DNA of 64,000 bases from contig OY969706.1 in the NCBI GenBank assembly GCA_963702095.1, positions 1,216,001-1,280,000 on the forward strand. Reading direction: 5' to 3'. Source of the stretch: Candidatus Bathyarchaeota archaeon (lineage in GTDB: Archaea > Thermoproteota > Bathyarchaeia > Bathyarchaeales > Bathycorpusculaceae). Under the pieces are notes generated by a model, which saw nothing but the letters and a program-made list of their open reading frames with translations, was not told where the DNA came from and ran no database searches. The position numbers were made by a program, and so were the translations under genes. The number at the start of each line of letters is the position of its first letter. Position 1 is the first letter of the stretch. Below are positions 40,340-49,996 of this stretch, piece after piece.

Positions 40340-40903
40340 ATGTCAGAACAAATTAGAAGCTTCATAGCTTTCGACATTGAAAACGATAACATATACAACA
40401 GGATTGCCAGCATCCAAAAATCGCTGCTGCAAACCAACGCCGACTTAAAAATGGTGGAACCAAAAAACATCCATGTAACCGTGCGTTTTCTGGGCGCCAT
40501 AAGCCCCGATGTGGTCGAGAAAGTCTATGACGCCATGAAAAACGTAAAATTCGTCCCCTTCAACATACAATTAACCGGAATGGGGGTTTTCCCAACCGTA
40601 AATTACCCACGCGTCGTGTGGGCAGGAATAACCGACGGCGCAGAACAACTCAAAAGCATTTTCGAACAACTAGAACCCCAAATCCACGATTTAGGATTCG
40701 CACCAGACCCCAACGGTTTCAGCCCCCACATCACCATTGCACGGGTCCGCAGCGGCGCCAACAAGCAGCGGCTGGTAGATTTTGTGCAGCGCCAAGAATT
40801 CTATGATTTCGGCAATATCCGAGCCAACTGTCTGCGCCTCAAAAAAAGCCAGCTATCCCCCAAAGGCCCCACATACTCAACCCTCAAAGAATACTGCCCA
40901 TAG
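40340..40903 (+). CDS. thpR: RNA 2',3'-cyclic phosphodiesterase (2H family)
   Basis: RSFIA, HVTVRFLG, PRVVW, FSPHITIAR. Confidence 0.92.
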   Translation: MSEQIRSFIAFDIENDNIYNRIASIQKSLLQTNADLKMVEPKNIHVTVRFLGAISPDVVEKVYDAMKNVKFVPFNIQLTGMGVFPTVNYPRVVWAGITDGAEQLKSIFEQLEPQIHDLGFAPDPNGFSPHITIARVRSGANKQRLVDFVQRQEFYDFGNIRANCLRLKKSQLSPKGPTYSTLKEYCP

Positions 40904-40913
40904 AGGCTTGAAA

Positions 40914-42341
40914 ATGGCTGAGTTTGAAGCGTTAACCAAGCAAATCCTCTCCAAAATCACCCCAAAAAAAGAGGAACGCATAAAGGTTGACGCTCTAAGC
41001 CGCAGACTTGAAGCGCAAATCGCAGATGCTTGCCAAAGCGAAGGCGTAAACGCAATCGTCCGCGTGGAGGGTTCAGTAGCCAAAGACACATGGCTCACCG
41101 AAAACCCAGACATCGACGTTTTCATGCGGTTACCCACTTCTATTCCACGCAAAAACCTAGGCGACATCGGACTCAAAATCGCCAAAAAAGCAGCGGGCAA
41201 CGCAGAGCAGACCGAGCGGTTTGCAGAGCACCCCTACCTCGAAATTTTCGTTGACAATTACCGAGTTGACATCGTCCCATGCTACGATGTAGCGCCCCCC
41301 GAGTGGCAAAGCGCAACAGACCGCACACCCTACCACACCGACTACGTTAAAACCCGCCTTGGCAAAGACCTCCATGGGGAAGTTCGGCTGCTTAAAAAGT
41401 TCATGCAGGGCATCGGGGTATACGGTGCAGAAATCAAAGTCGGCGGTTTCAGCGGTTACCTCTGTGAACTTCTAGTTATGCACTACGGCTCCTTTAAAGG
41501 AGTGGTTGAATCTTTCGCTGCCTACAACAAACGAGTAGTTGTTGACATCGGCGACTTTTACAGGGAGCGAGAGAGGGAAGCGGGGTTGCTTTTTCCTGAG
41601 CCCCTAGTCATCGTTGACCCCGTGGATAGTGGCAGAAACGTCGCTTCTGCTGTGCAGCCTCAGCGACTCTACCAGTTCATCGGTGCATCCAGAGCCTTCC
41701 TAAAAGCACCCCGAGAGGCCTTCTTCTATCCACTGCCCACCCACGCGTTGCCACCAAACATAATCGAAAGCCACATTACAGGACAAGGCGCCTCCCACCT
41801 CTACTTAACCACAGGAGAATTACCTGCTGTCCCAGACGTGCTGTGGGGGCAACTTTACCGCACCCGACGGTCCCTGCGTAAACTGCTAGAAACAAACGAT
41901 TTCAGGGTTTTGCGGGATGCTGTTTGGAGCAACGAAAAATCGCTTTGCGTCTTTGTTTTCGAGTTGGAGCAAAAGGTGTTGCCAAACGTCAAGAAGCATC
42001 TGGGTCCGCAACTGGAGCGGCAGGTGGAGTGCGAGAAATTCCTCTCCAAATACGTTGGGGACAACAGTGTTTTCTGTGGACCCTACATTGAAGGTGACCG
42101 CTGGGTTGTAGAGTTGCCATGCAAATATACCGATGCAGAGGCGCTGTTGAGGGAGAAGCTTGTGGACGGCGGCAAAAACGCAGGTGTGGCGGAACTGGTT
42201 GCGGAAGCAATACGAACGGAGTTTAACGTGGTGGCTGACAACGAGATTTTGAAGGTTTACACGGAAAACTCGGATTTCGCCGTGTTCCTCACTGCTTTTC
42301 TGTTGGGTAAGCCGTTTTGGTTAAAAACCCCAGAAGTTTAA
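40914..42341 (+). CDS. cca: archaeal class I CCA-adding enzyme
   Basis: GSVAKDTW..DIDVF, AEHPY, DRTPYH, GGFSGYLCELL, DPVDSGRNVA. Confidence 0.95.
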   Translation: MAEFEALTKQILSKITPKKEERIKVDALSRRLEAQIADACQSEGVNAIVRVEGSVAKDTWLTENPDIDVFMRLPTSIPRKNLGDIGLKIAKKAAGNAEQTERFAEHPYLEIFVDNYRVDIVPCYDVAPPEWQSATDRTPYHTDYVKTRLGKDLHGEVRLLKKFMQGIGVYGAEIKVGGFSGYLCELLVMHYGSFKGVVESFAAYNKRVVVDIGDFYREREREAGLLFPEPLVIVDPVDSGRNVASAVQPQRLYQFIGASRAFLKAPREAFFYPLPTHALPPNIIESHITGQGASHLYLTTGELPAVPDVLWGQLYRTRRSLRKLLETNDFRVLRDAVWSNEKSLCVFVFELEQKVLPNVKKHLGPQLERQVECEKFLSKYVGDNSVFCGPYIEGDRWVVELPCKYTDAEALLREKLVDGGKNAGVAELVAEAIRTEFNVVADNEILKVYTENSDFAVFLTAFLLGKPFWLKTPEV

Positions 42342-42600
42342 GGCAACCATTGCTGCCCCAGCGGCGAAGCGGTAGATGCTGAACAGGTAGAATTTTTTTG
42401 CCGCCAAGCTTTTTTCAAGTAGTTTTAGCGCCACAAAACTCACTGCCACCGCTGCTGCAAGCGCCACAGCGATTTCAAGGGTGCCTATGCCCGCTGTTGA
42501 GAGCCTGCTTTGTTCTTGATGGAGTCTTAAGCCTACTGCGCCGAGGATGACTGGAATCGAGAGCAGAAAAGAAAATTTGGATCCTAATTCCCTCTTTACC
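42321..42600 (-). pseudogene. C-terminal remnant of undecaprenyl-diphosphate phosphatase (UppP/BacA-like)
   Basis: Manual translation KRELGSKFSFLLSIPVILGA...FYLFSIYR; N-terminal two-thirds missing; overlaps the cca stop. Confidence 0.7.
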
Positions 42601-42617
42601 CGTACTATTAAACGTAT

Positions 42618-43772
42618 TTACTGGGTGACGCTGTGGTACCAACTGATAATGTATTCAGGCAAGTTCAAGCCGCGTTCTCCGAGTCGTTCTGAAAGTTTCA
42701 CAGGCAAAGGACTAAGCACATAGGCAGCACGTGTGTAGAAGCGTCTGGGGGAGTTGGGTTTGGCTTCTTCGGGCAGGATGATTTTGAGGTCTGACTTATT
42801 AGCTAATGTGGATTCTTTGTTGCTGGTTATTGCGAAGACTGTGCCGCCGAATTTCTTGAGCACATCAGCCCATAAGATGACTGGGCGGGTTTCTCCTGAA
42901 AAAGAAAGCAAAATCTCAAGGTCCCCTGCACGGGGATGCGGTGTATTCACGCCACGGGTGATGTAGACGTTGTCGCCTAAGAAACTTTTAATGTGGAATA
43001 AACGTACACCCGTCATCTTGGCGATTTCGTTAGCCGTGCCGCGTCCACCCAAAAACACATTAGTACGTTTCTCAAGTAAATCGACGAGTTGACTGTAGGT
43101 TTCGGAATTAACGTTGCGGTCTATCATGTCACCGATTTTCTCGAACTCCTCTACACAGAGCCTGTAGACTTCGTTAACATCTAAGTTGCTGTAGATGGCT
43201 TCGATCATGCTGTTTAAGAGTTCAAGGGTGCCCAACTCGAATATGTCGCCCATCATGCCAGTTTCCGCGTATTCGAAACTGGGCTTCAATTTGCCTCTGC
43301 CTTTAAGCTGGACAACTTGCCCGTAATGTGCGGTGATTTCCGCTAGCGGCGAATCCATCGCAGACGTGAGTAAACCCATGGTGAATTGGCTGCTTTTTGT
43401 GTCTTCGATGTAGGTGGCAAGGTCCTGCGCCATTACAAGCGGGTCATCGCTGTAGCCGCTGCCAGAATTCATCAGCAACAAAACTTTCTTGTAGCGCCTA
43501 GCCAAGTTGGGTGCAGCATCATACATGTTTCTGCCGGGGAACCCTGGGTCATCAGGGGTTAAGACGACTTTGTTGCGCCAGCCCGCTGTTGCCAACGCTA
43601 TTTGGCTCATCGCCGCGTTGAGCGAGTACAGTGAACGCCCGGAGCCTCCACAGATGACGCAGTCGGCGGCTTTTAGGTCTTCGTAGAGGGGTGCGAGTTC
43701 CTTCTTTTTGATGGAAAGAATGTTTTCTTGTATCTTGTTGACGTATCCGAGGCTGCTGACTTGGCTCTTCAT
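42618..43772 (-). CDS. tandem SIS-domain protein (6-phospho-3-hexuloisomerase-like)
   Basis: GSGRS...NSGSG...PMG-like MMGDIFE in domain 1; GRGTA...SFSGET in domain 2. Confidence 0.8.
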   Translation of the reverse strand: MKSQVSSLGYVNKIQENILSIKKKELAPLYEDLKAADCVICGGSGRSLYSLNAAMSQIALATAGWRNKVVLTPDDPGFPGRNMYDAAPNLARRYKKVLLLMNSGSGYSDDPLVMAQDLATYIEDTKSSQFTMGLLTSAMDSPLAEITAHYGQVVQLKGRGKLKPSFEYAETGMMGDIFELGTLELLNSMIEAIYSNLDVNEVYRLCVEEFEKIGDMIDRNVNSETYSQLVDLLEKRTNVFLGGRGTANEIAKMTGVRLFHIKSFLGDNVYITRGVNTPHPRAGDLEILLSFSGETRPVILWADVLKKFGGTVFAITSNKESTLANKSDLKIILPEEAKPNSPRRFYTRAAYVLSPLPVKLSERLGERGLNLPEYIISWYHSVTQ

Positions 43773-43941
43773 GCAGAAGACGCTTCCAGTTTTAAGTGTT
43801 TAGGAACTGGATATATTATCCTTGTGCTGCAAGTCACTGATTTGGCGGGGTCCAATTTTGGGATTAGCCACTTTGTGTCTGTTACTTCTGCGACGTACAA
43901 GCCTTTTTCTGCTAAACCAACGCTTAAACGGTTGATCTATA

Positions 43942-44457
43942 TTGTCTCAGGAAACCGTAACTAAACCTGCACCCATAGAAATCTCTGCTGCACCCGAAAA
44001 GAAAAAGCAAATCAACCTCCAAGAAATCGTTGACTCACTCAAAAGCACAGCGGACGATATAGGTCAAATAAGCGAGCTTACCTCTGAAGAAAAAATCTTG
44101 GTAGGGCAGTTTTTCTCTTCTCTGCTTAAACTTATGCAGCCTCTTGCTTCATCCATAGCTGTTAACCAGACTGCGCTTCCTTCTCAACTTGCCGGGGTAA
44201 CCCAAGCCCACATTGATCCCACGGGGCATTTGGTGCTGCAATTCGAAGACGGCCATGTTGACCTTCGAAACCTCGCTGAAGAAAAATACCGAGACCTTAT
44301 GATGGCCGTAGTGGAGGATGTGGTGCCCAAATTCAAAAGCCTCACAAGCCAACAGAAAAAGAAACTGGAAAACCGCATCAAACTGCTTTCAAGCATTACC
44401 AAAGAAATCCAGAAGAGCTCAGAAGCCCTCTCCGCTGCGCTTGCTGCCAGCCAATAA
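43942..44457 (+). CDS. hypothetical protein
   Basis: 171-aa ORF, TTG start, helical termini. Confidence 0.7.
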   Translation: MSQETVTKPAPIEISAAPEKKKQINLQEIVDSLKSTADDIGQISELTSEEKILVGQFFSSLLKLMQPLASSIAVNQTALPSQLAGVTQAHIDPTGHLVLQFEDGHVDLRNLAEEKYRDLMMAVVEDVVPKFKSLTSQQKKKLENRIKLLSSITKEIQKSSEALSAALAASQ

Positions 44458-44505
44458 GCTGCAATTGATCTATCAGTACATTACCGGTTTGCTGGTTAGT
44501 TATTT

Positions 44506-44601
44506 CTCTATTCGTGTGTGTGGCGTTTTATGGGGGTGCCACAAGACTGCAACAGTGGGTTGTTGTTTTTTTGTTGCATGTTTTCTTTGTCTGTTTCGGT
44601 G
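44506..44601 (-). repeat. dispersed intergenic repeat family B, copy 2
   Basis: Inverted relative to copy 1; abuts a truncated methyltransferase. Confidence 0.78.
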
Positions 44602-44760
44602 TGGGCCTGCCGTTCCAGGACCGCACCCAACGTCAATTATGCGTGGATGCAATCGCAAATTTTTAAGCAAATCGAATGCTCGCTTAGTTGATTCGTTGCT
44701 TCCCGCTCCTTCTCTAGGCAGACCACTGTGCACTTCATAGAATATCGGGGGCATTTCCAT
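44602..44760 (-). pseudogene. N-terminal remnant of class I SAM methyltransferase
   Basis: GLPREGAGS..STKRA...IIDVGCGPG, then the reading frame runs into repeat B2. Confidence 0.75.
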
Positions 44761-44917
44761 TGACCGTCAAATCCTCGGTTGGGCGCAATGGAGATTGAGC
44801 GCTAATATGCTTGTTCAGACAAAAGGAAATAACTAGACAACAACATAGACGTATCGATCAGAGACGAAAAGAGTAGAAAGTATTATGCAATCGGGTTATT
44901 GGCTATATTTTCTTAGG

Positions 44918-45388
44918 CTATTTTGTGGATGTGCCACTTATGACTATGTCCATGTAAAAGTCCGTAGCAGAAGTGCTTGGGTCGATATCTATGGTAATCG
45001 TTGCTGGGATAACGCGATTTTGTTTTAAGGTTATGCCCTCACAGTTCCACATAACAGAGATCGGACTACAGGCGGTTGTTGGATCCCAGCTAGTCGTCGT
45101 CATAGTAAGTTTCAACGGAGTAGGGCATTGGTTTTTAATATAAATTGTTCTGTTTTGCTGAAGCGCCTTGAGGGATTGTTGCCCAATCAAAATCGGATAT
45201 TTCTTGTGCGCACGTACTGTCAGAACATATCAGTATTTTGCCCGAAGGGGTTGTTATTTTTGCAGATACGGTTGATGACTGGGTCGTGTTTGTGGATATT
45301 ATCCCTGCAAAAACTATGCTGGATAAAACAAATAAAACGATTAAGAATAGGATTTTTTGTTAAAGGCTCGATAACTTGAATTACCCAT
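44918..45388 (-). pseudogene. small secreted beta-rich protein, frameshifted
   Basis: KILFLIVLFV...CSDSTCAQEISDFDW...(shift in A-run ~45155)...NRTIYIKN...IVISG. Confidence 0.55.
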
Positions 45389-45579
45389 GTTATTGTCGAA
45401 AAGCGTAGAGAGGTATAGTCAGTATTAATACTTATTGAAAGGATGCATTACCGAACCAAGTGTAAAACAAAAAAGCCATATCAATACTCTAAATTGTTAT
45501 AGGAATATATCCAGATTCATAGAAGCTTTTTAACCCCAAATGCCGCCAAGAAGAACAAAGAAAAGAGAGGAGAAATAAC

Positions 45580-46077
45580 ATGAAAAAAATAGTGATAGTA
45601 ACAGCTATTCTATTGCTTGCCATATTTGCCTCTGTCTCAATGGTTAGTGCAAAACAACCGCACTACGACTACGATGTTACAAACAACTATCATGGAATCA
45701 CCGTACCGATAAAGACACCAGTAGTTGTGACTGCAACAACAAATAACCCGGATGTAGTTAGCGTTGTTTTCATATGGAAGGATGGGACCGATAAAGAACA
45801 ATGGAGAGAAACAGTGGCTGTTGTTTCTGGAGAAGCAAAATGTACAGGTCAACCAGACTCCAGAGGAGACTGGGGAATACAAGCGTTATTCGTAGGTTCA
45901 AGTGGGTCAACAAATGAAGGCGTAAGAAATGTTGTTGCTCACAAAGCAACTTCAGTCAATGTTATTTCGTCCGTAAATCATGTTCCAGAACTTCCAGTTT
46001 TGGGCACCGCAGGCATAGTAGGCGCATTGGCAATCGGCTTGGTAGTCCAGGTAAGGCGCAAAAACAGCGGACTTTAA
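45580..46077 (+). CDS. secreted Ig-like protein with VPELP (PEF-CTERM-like) tail
   Basis: Signal peptide, VPELP + TM + RRK. Confidence 0.8.
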   Translation: MKKIVIVTAILLLAIFASVSMVSAKQPHYDYDVTNNYHGITVPIKTPVVVTATTNNPDVVSVVFIWKDGTDKEQWRETVAVVSGEAKCTGQPDSRGDWGIQALFVGSSGSTNEGVRNVVAHKATSVNVISSVNHVPELPVLGTAGIVGALAIGLVVQVRRKNSGL

Positions 46078-46130
46078 AGCCTTTTTTCTTTTCCTCAAAC
46101 CAACCGAGAATCGCTCCCAAATCTTTTTGA

Positions 46131-46982
46131 CTACTTTATTACTCCGAAGATGTAGGCCAGCAACCCCACCAAGAATAGGTAGAGCACCACTTTCTTGATT
46201 CTGCGCGCTTTTTCCCGCGAATGGTCCAAAAGCAGAAGCGCGGAGCAGGCGATGAGCCCGATGTCGGTGACTAAGACAAAGGGGATAAACCAGACTCCGA
46301 CCAGCCCAAGATACCATGTAATGGGGGTGAGGGCGACTGCGAACATAAAGAATACCACTGCGGTGACAGCGGCGCTTTTTTCTCCGAACCGCACAGCAAG
46401 GGTTTTGACGCCCTCCGCGCTGTCGCCTTTGACATCAACGATGCCTTTGGTGATTTCTCTGCCCGTGTTAGAGAGAAAAGCCATCGACGCAAAAAGAAGC
46501 ACGTTTAAGCCTACAGTGCCAATCGCGGTGACGCTGCCGTAGATGAAGGGGATGGCTACGCAGGCGCTTACGAGGAAGTTGCCGGGTAACCCGCTTTTTT
46601 TGCCCACGGTGAGGTAGGTTGCGGTGATGACGAGGGATAAGGCTGCTACGATGAAGCAGAGGATGCTGACTAAGCCTGCGAATATGAAACCAACCGCTAT
46701 GAGTACGCCCATGAAGGCAAGGGCTTCGGTGGGTTTTATGGTGCCGCTGGGAAGTGGTCTCTGCGGTTCGTTGATGGCGTCGATTTTGCGGTCGTAGTAG
46801 TCGTTGATGACCATCGCGGCGGCGCAGAAAGTGAAGCCGGTGACGAAACCGAAGAATATGGCGAGCCAGGTGAGGCTGCTCAGTATGGGGCTGGCAAGGA
46901 CCGCGCCTACCAGTACAGCCAAACCCATCATAGCGCAGTTCACCGGGCGCATTAACCGTATGAAGCCGCCGAGTTTACTCAT
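46131..46982 (-). CDS. digeranylgeranylglyceryl phosphate synthase (UbiA family)
   Basis: RPVN, NDYYDRKIDAINEPQRPLPSG, REITKGIVDVKGD. Confidence 0.88.
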   Translation of the reverse strand: MSKLGGFIRLMRPVNCAMMGLAVLVGAVLASPILSSLTWLAIFFGFVTGFTFCAAAMVINDYYDRKIDAINEPQRPLPSGTIKPTEALAFMGVLIAVGFIFAGLVSILCFIVAALSLVITATYLTVGKKSGLPGNFLVSACVAIPFIYGSVTAIGTVGLNVLLFASMAFLSNTGREITKGIVDVKGDSAEGVKTLAVRFGEKSAAVTAVVFFMFAVALTPITWYLGLVGVWFIPFVLVTDIGLIACSALLLLDHSREKARRIKKVVLYLFLVGLLAYIFGVIK

Positions 46983-47087
46983 ATATCATAACCGTTTAGT
47001 TACCTATGTTGGTTGAGGTTAGTAATAAAAATTCTATTCACCCCACAACAATTTTATGGTCGTCTTTGTTTTAAAAGATGAATTCGC

Positions 47088-47504
47088 ATGTCAGAAAAAA
47101 CCACCACTTCCAAAGTAAAAAAGAAGCGGGTCGTGAGAGCACTGTTATTGGTTGCAGGCACGATTTCCCTTGCTTTGGGAGCTGTAGGAATTTTTTTACC
47201 CATTCTGCCCACGACGCCTTTCCTCTTAGTTGCCGCCGCCTGTTACCTGCGAAGTTCAGAACGCATGCATAAGTGGTTGATAAACAACCGCTGGTTCGGT
47301 GAGTACATAAAGAATTATCAAGCGGGAAAGGGCATACCGATGAAAACGAAAATCGTGGCTTTGACGGTTTTGTGGGCGTCGATTCTTTATTCAACATTTT
47401 TTATTGTGGACGAGATTTTGGTTGTACAACTCGTGCTTGTTGTTATTGCATGCGGAGTGACAGTACATTTGATACGGTTACCAACGTTTAAGAAACAAAT
47501 GTAA
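47088..47504 (+). CDS. YbaN/DUF454 membrane protein
   Basis: GIFLPILPTTPFLL...RSS. Confidence 0.9.
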   Translation: MSEKTTTSKVKKKRVVRALLLVAGTISLALGAVGIFLPILPTTPFLLVAAACYLRSSERMHKWLINNRWFGEYIKNYQAGKGIPMKTKIVALTVLWASILYSTFFIVDEILVVQLVLVVIACGVTVHLIRLPTFKKQM

Positions 47505-47550
47505 ATTGTTTTGGCGGCAAAGCGGTAAATGAGAAACAATAAAAACCCAG

Positions 47551-48888
47551 GTGTACACCGTATCAATGCAGAAACTGTTGTTGGTGAAATGTTTGAGTGA
47601 CAATTACGCACCTCTAGTAGGCGACAATTACGCTCCTGAAAAAATTCGAGTAATCATCCCTGTCGGCGGAAAAGCCACCCGTCTCTTGCCCTTAACGGCT
47701 GAAACCAGCAAAGCCTGCCTGCGCCTACTCAACCGCCCCCTAGTAGAGTTTTCTTTGTTGTCACTTGCAAGCCAAGGCATACGCAACTTCATATTCGGCG
47801 TTAAAGGCTACACCAACTATCGAGACCTCTTCGACTACTTTGAGTCAGGCTACGGTTTCTCCGCCCGCTACAATATCAAACCCCGCATCCACATAAAATA
47901 TCAGCCAAACGTGCCTGATTTGGGCAGCGCTGACTCCGCACGCATAAACATAGAGTACTATGAACTTAGCTGTCCTATTTTTGCGGTGCAGGGCGACAAC
48001 ATTTTTGACCTCAAAGTTAAAAGCCTCCTTGATTTTCATCGTGAAAAAGAAGCCGCTTTAACCATTGTGCTGCGTGAAGTCGACAACGTTGAGGGTTTAG
48101 GGATTGCCGACATCGATAAATGCGGACGTATCCAACGCTTCGTTGAGAAACCCTTGCCTAAAGACGCTCCCAGCAACCTTGCCAACACAGGTCTCTACGT
48201 TATTTCGCCGGAGTTACGTAAGGTTTTCAAGGAAAAAGGGGTTCAGCAAATCATAAAAGAAAAGAATCGATTGGACTTCGGATACGATTTTATACCGTAC
48301 GTTATTTCAACGGGGCGACCGGTCTATGGTTACACGCTTAAGGGCAACTGGTTTGACGTGGGCACACCCAAAAGCTACCTTGAAGCCATGAAAAACCTCT
48401 TGCACGGTGGATTCTCTACGCTAAATGATTTCGGCGGCAGGTTAAGCAACGACTCATTGGTTTGGGTGCAGGGCGAAAGCAACGATTCCGAGAAACGTCG
48501 TTTAGAAACCGTCCAAAAGATTAAACAGAAAAAAATCCAAATCGAAGGTGCAGTGCTGATTGGGCGACACTGTCAAATAGAAGACGGCGCACGCATAGTA
48601 AACAGCTGCATCGACAACTATACCCGTATAGGCAAAGACGCAGTTATCACTAACTCCGCAGTCATGGACCGAGCAATCATAGGTGACAACGCAGAGGTCC
48701 ACGACAGCATAATCGGGCGACACGTGGTGGTTAATTCAAGCTGTAGTAAACCTACAAGAGTCACCGCGGTCAGCGTAATCGCAGACGATGTTGTACTCGA
48801 AGAGGGCTGTTCATTGGCGGCTACAAAGGTTTACCCGCATCAGCGTATTAGGGGCGAATTCCAAAACCAAACCATAATCGCCAACTAA
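47551..48888 (+). CDS. NDP-sugar synthase (nucleotidyltransferase plus left-handed beta-helix)
   Basis: GGKATRLLPLT, FVEKP, WFDVGTP, hexapeptide repeats; true start probably slightly downstream. Confidence 0.9.
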   Translation: MYTVSMQKLLLVKCLSDNYAPLVGDNYAPEKIRVIIPVGGKATRLLPLTAETSKACLRLLNRPLVEFSLLSLASQGIRNFIFGVKGYTNYRDLFDYFESGYGFSARYNIKPRIHIKYQPNVPDLGSADSARINIEYYELSCPIFAVQGDNIFDLKVKSLLDFHREKEAALTIVLREVDNVEGLGIADIDKCGRIQRFVEKPLPKDAPSNLANTGLYVISPELRKVFKEKGVQQIIKEKNRLDFGYDFIPYVISTGRPVYGYTLKGNWFDVGTPKSYLEAMKNLLHGGFSTLNDFGGRLSNDSLVWVQGESNDSEKRRLETVQKIKQKKIQIEGAVLIGRHCQIEDGARIVNSCIDNYTRIGKDAVITNSAVMDRAIIGDNAEVHDSIIGRHVVVNSSCSKPTRVTAVSVIADDVVLEEGCSLAATKVYPHQRIRGEFQNQTIIAN

Positions 48889-48914
48889 TAATCCTTCATT
48901 GTAACGTGGTAAGC

Positions 48915-49433
48915 ATGAATACTGAGGAATTGAAAAGCATATCCAAAGACGGCACAGCGGAAGCAGCGAAAAACCTCACAAAAACAGACGTAGAATATCT
49001 AGTCACTTTGCTTGGCGAAAAAGACGATAAACTCCGCTACAACGCTTTTCTGCTTCTGCAAGCCAACTCTCACGTTTTCCCCCATGTGTATAGTCACTGG
49101 GATAACCTGGAGGGGAAACTCTATGATGCCAACTCGTATCAACGGAGTATTGGGTTGATGCTGCTTGCTGAAAACGTCAGATGGGACAATAGGGGCAAAT
49201 TCGGCGAAGCCCTAAACAGGTATATGGAGTGTTGCGGCGACGAGAAATTCATAACATCGCGGCAGGCAATCCAAGGGCTCGCCAATGTTGTGGCGGCAAC
49301 CAGCGCCTACGATGACAAAATCAAACAGGCACTAATCGCGTTACCGCTGGATAAATACAAGCCCAACCAGCAAAACCTACTCAAAAAAGACACCGCAAAC
49401 ATACTCAAGCTAATCGAGAAAAAACAGCGTTAA
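48915..49433 (+). CDS. HEAT/ARM-like helical hypothetical protein
   Basis: Repeated helical pairs (LGEKDDKLRYNA; DANSYQRSIG; DEKFITSRQA). Confidence 0.65.
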   Translation: MNTEELKSISKDGTAEAAKNLTKTDVEYLVTLLGEKDDKLRYNAFLLLQANSHVFPHVYSHWDNLEGKLYDANSYQRSIGLMLLAENVRWDNRGKFGEALNRYMECCGDEKFITSRQAIQGLANVVAATSAYDDKIKQALIALPLDKYKPNQQNLLKKDTANILKLIEKKQR

Positions 49434-49988
49434 CTAAGCCTTAAACCACTTAAACATCAAGTACTTTATTTTTTTAGAGGGCAAATCGGGCACGGCTATA
49501 ATAAAGCGTTTACGCACCGTCGTCGCTAAGCGGCCGTTTTTGACGATTTCAGTGGCGGATATGTCACTGTCCACCCTTTTGACAGTTACCATGTAAGGTG
49601 CATGTTCCACGCCGGGGCCGTACTTGTAGACTGCGAAGTCACAGCCGAATTTGATGCCAGGCGTAACGATTAAGCCGCTGTCGCGGAGGTCATGGTAAAC
49701 GGCGTATTTTTCTTCGAATTCATCGTAGAGTTGTTTGGCTTTGGAGTGGAGTTTTTTGAGGCTCACTTTGGCTTCGTTGGGATTTTCGTAGACTTCGATT
49801 TTTTCAGTCTCCGCCAAATATAGCCCTTCCATCAGATCCAAAACCAAGGGCACGTCGAACTCGGGGATTTTGGGTTTGGCGATGCCTACGGGTTTGCCGT
49901 AGTAGGCGGTTTTGTAGAGTTGAGAGCCTTCGCTTGGGTTCCAAACGACGAGAAAGTTTTCTATGAGTTCAACTTTGGTTTTCGGCAT
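49434..49988 (-). CDS. endA: tRNA splicing endonuclease, catalytic (alpha) subunit
   Basis: GIKFGCDFAVY..GPGVEHAPY...TTVRK with the Tyr/His/Lys triad. Confidence 0.92.
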   Translation of the reverse strand: MPKTKVELIENFLVVWNPSEGSQLYKTAYYGKPVGIAKPKIPEFDVPLVLDLMEGLYLAETEKIEVYENPNEAKVSLKKLHSKAKQLYDEFEEKYAVYHDLRDSGLIVTPGIKFGCDFAVYKYGPGVEHAPYMVTVKRVDSDISATEIVKNGRLATTVRKRFIIAVPDLPSKKIKYLMFKWFKA

Positions 49989-49996
49989 AGAGATGC

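Noticed and set aside
47599-47637. DNYAP-LVG-DNYAP micro-duplication at the NDP-sugar synthase N-terminus
   Set aside because: Small in-frame duplication in a variable terminus with no functional signal
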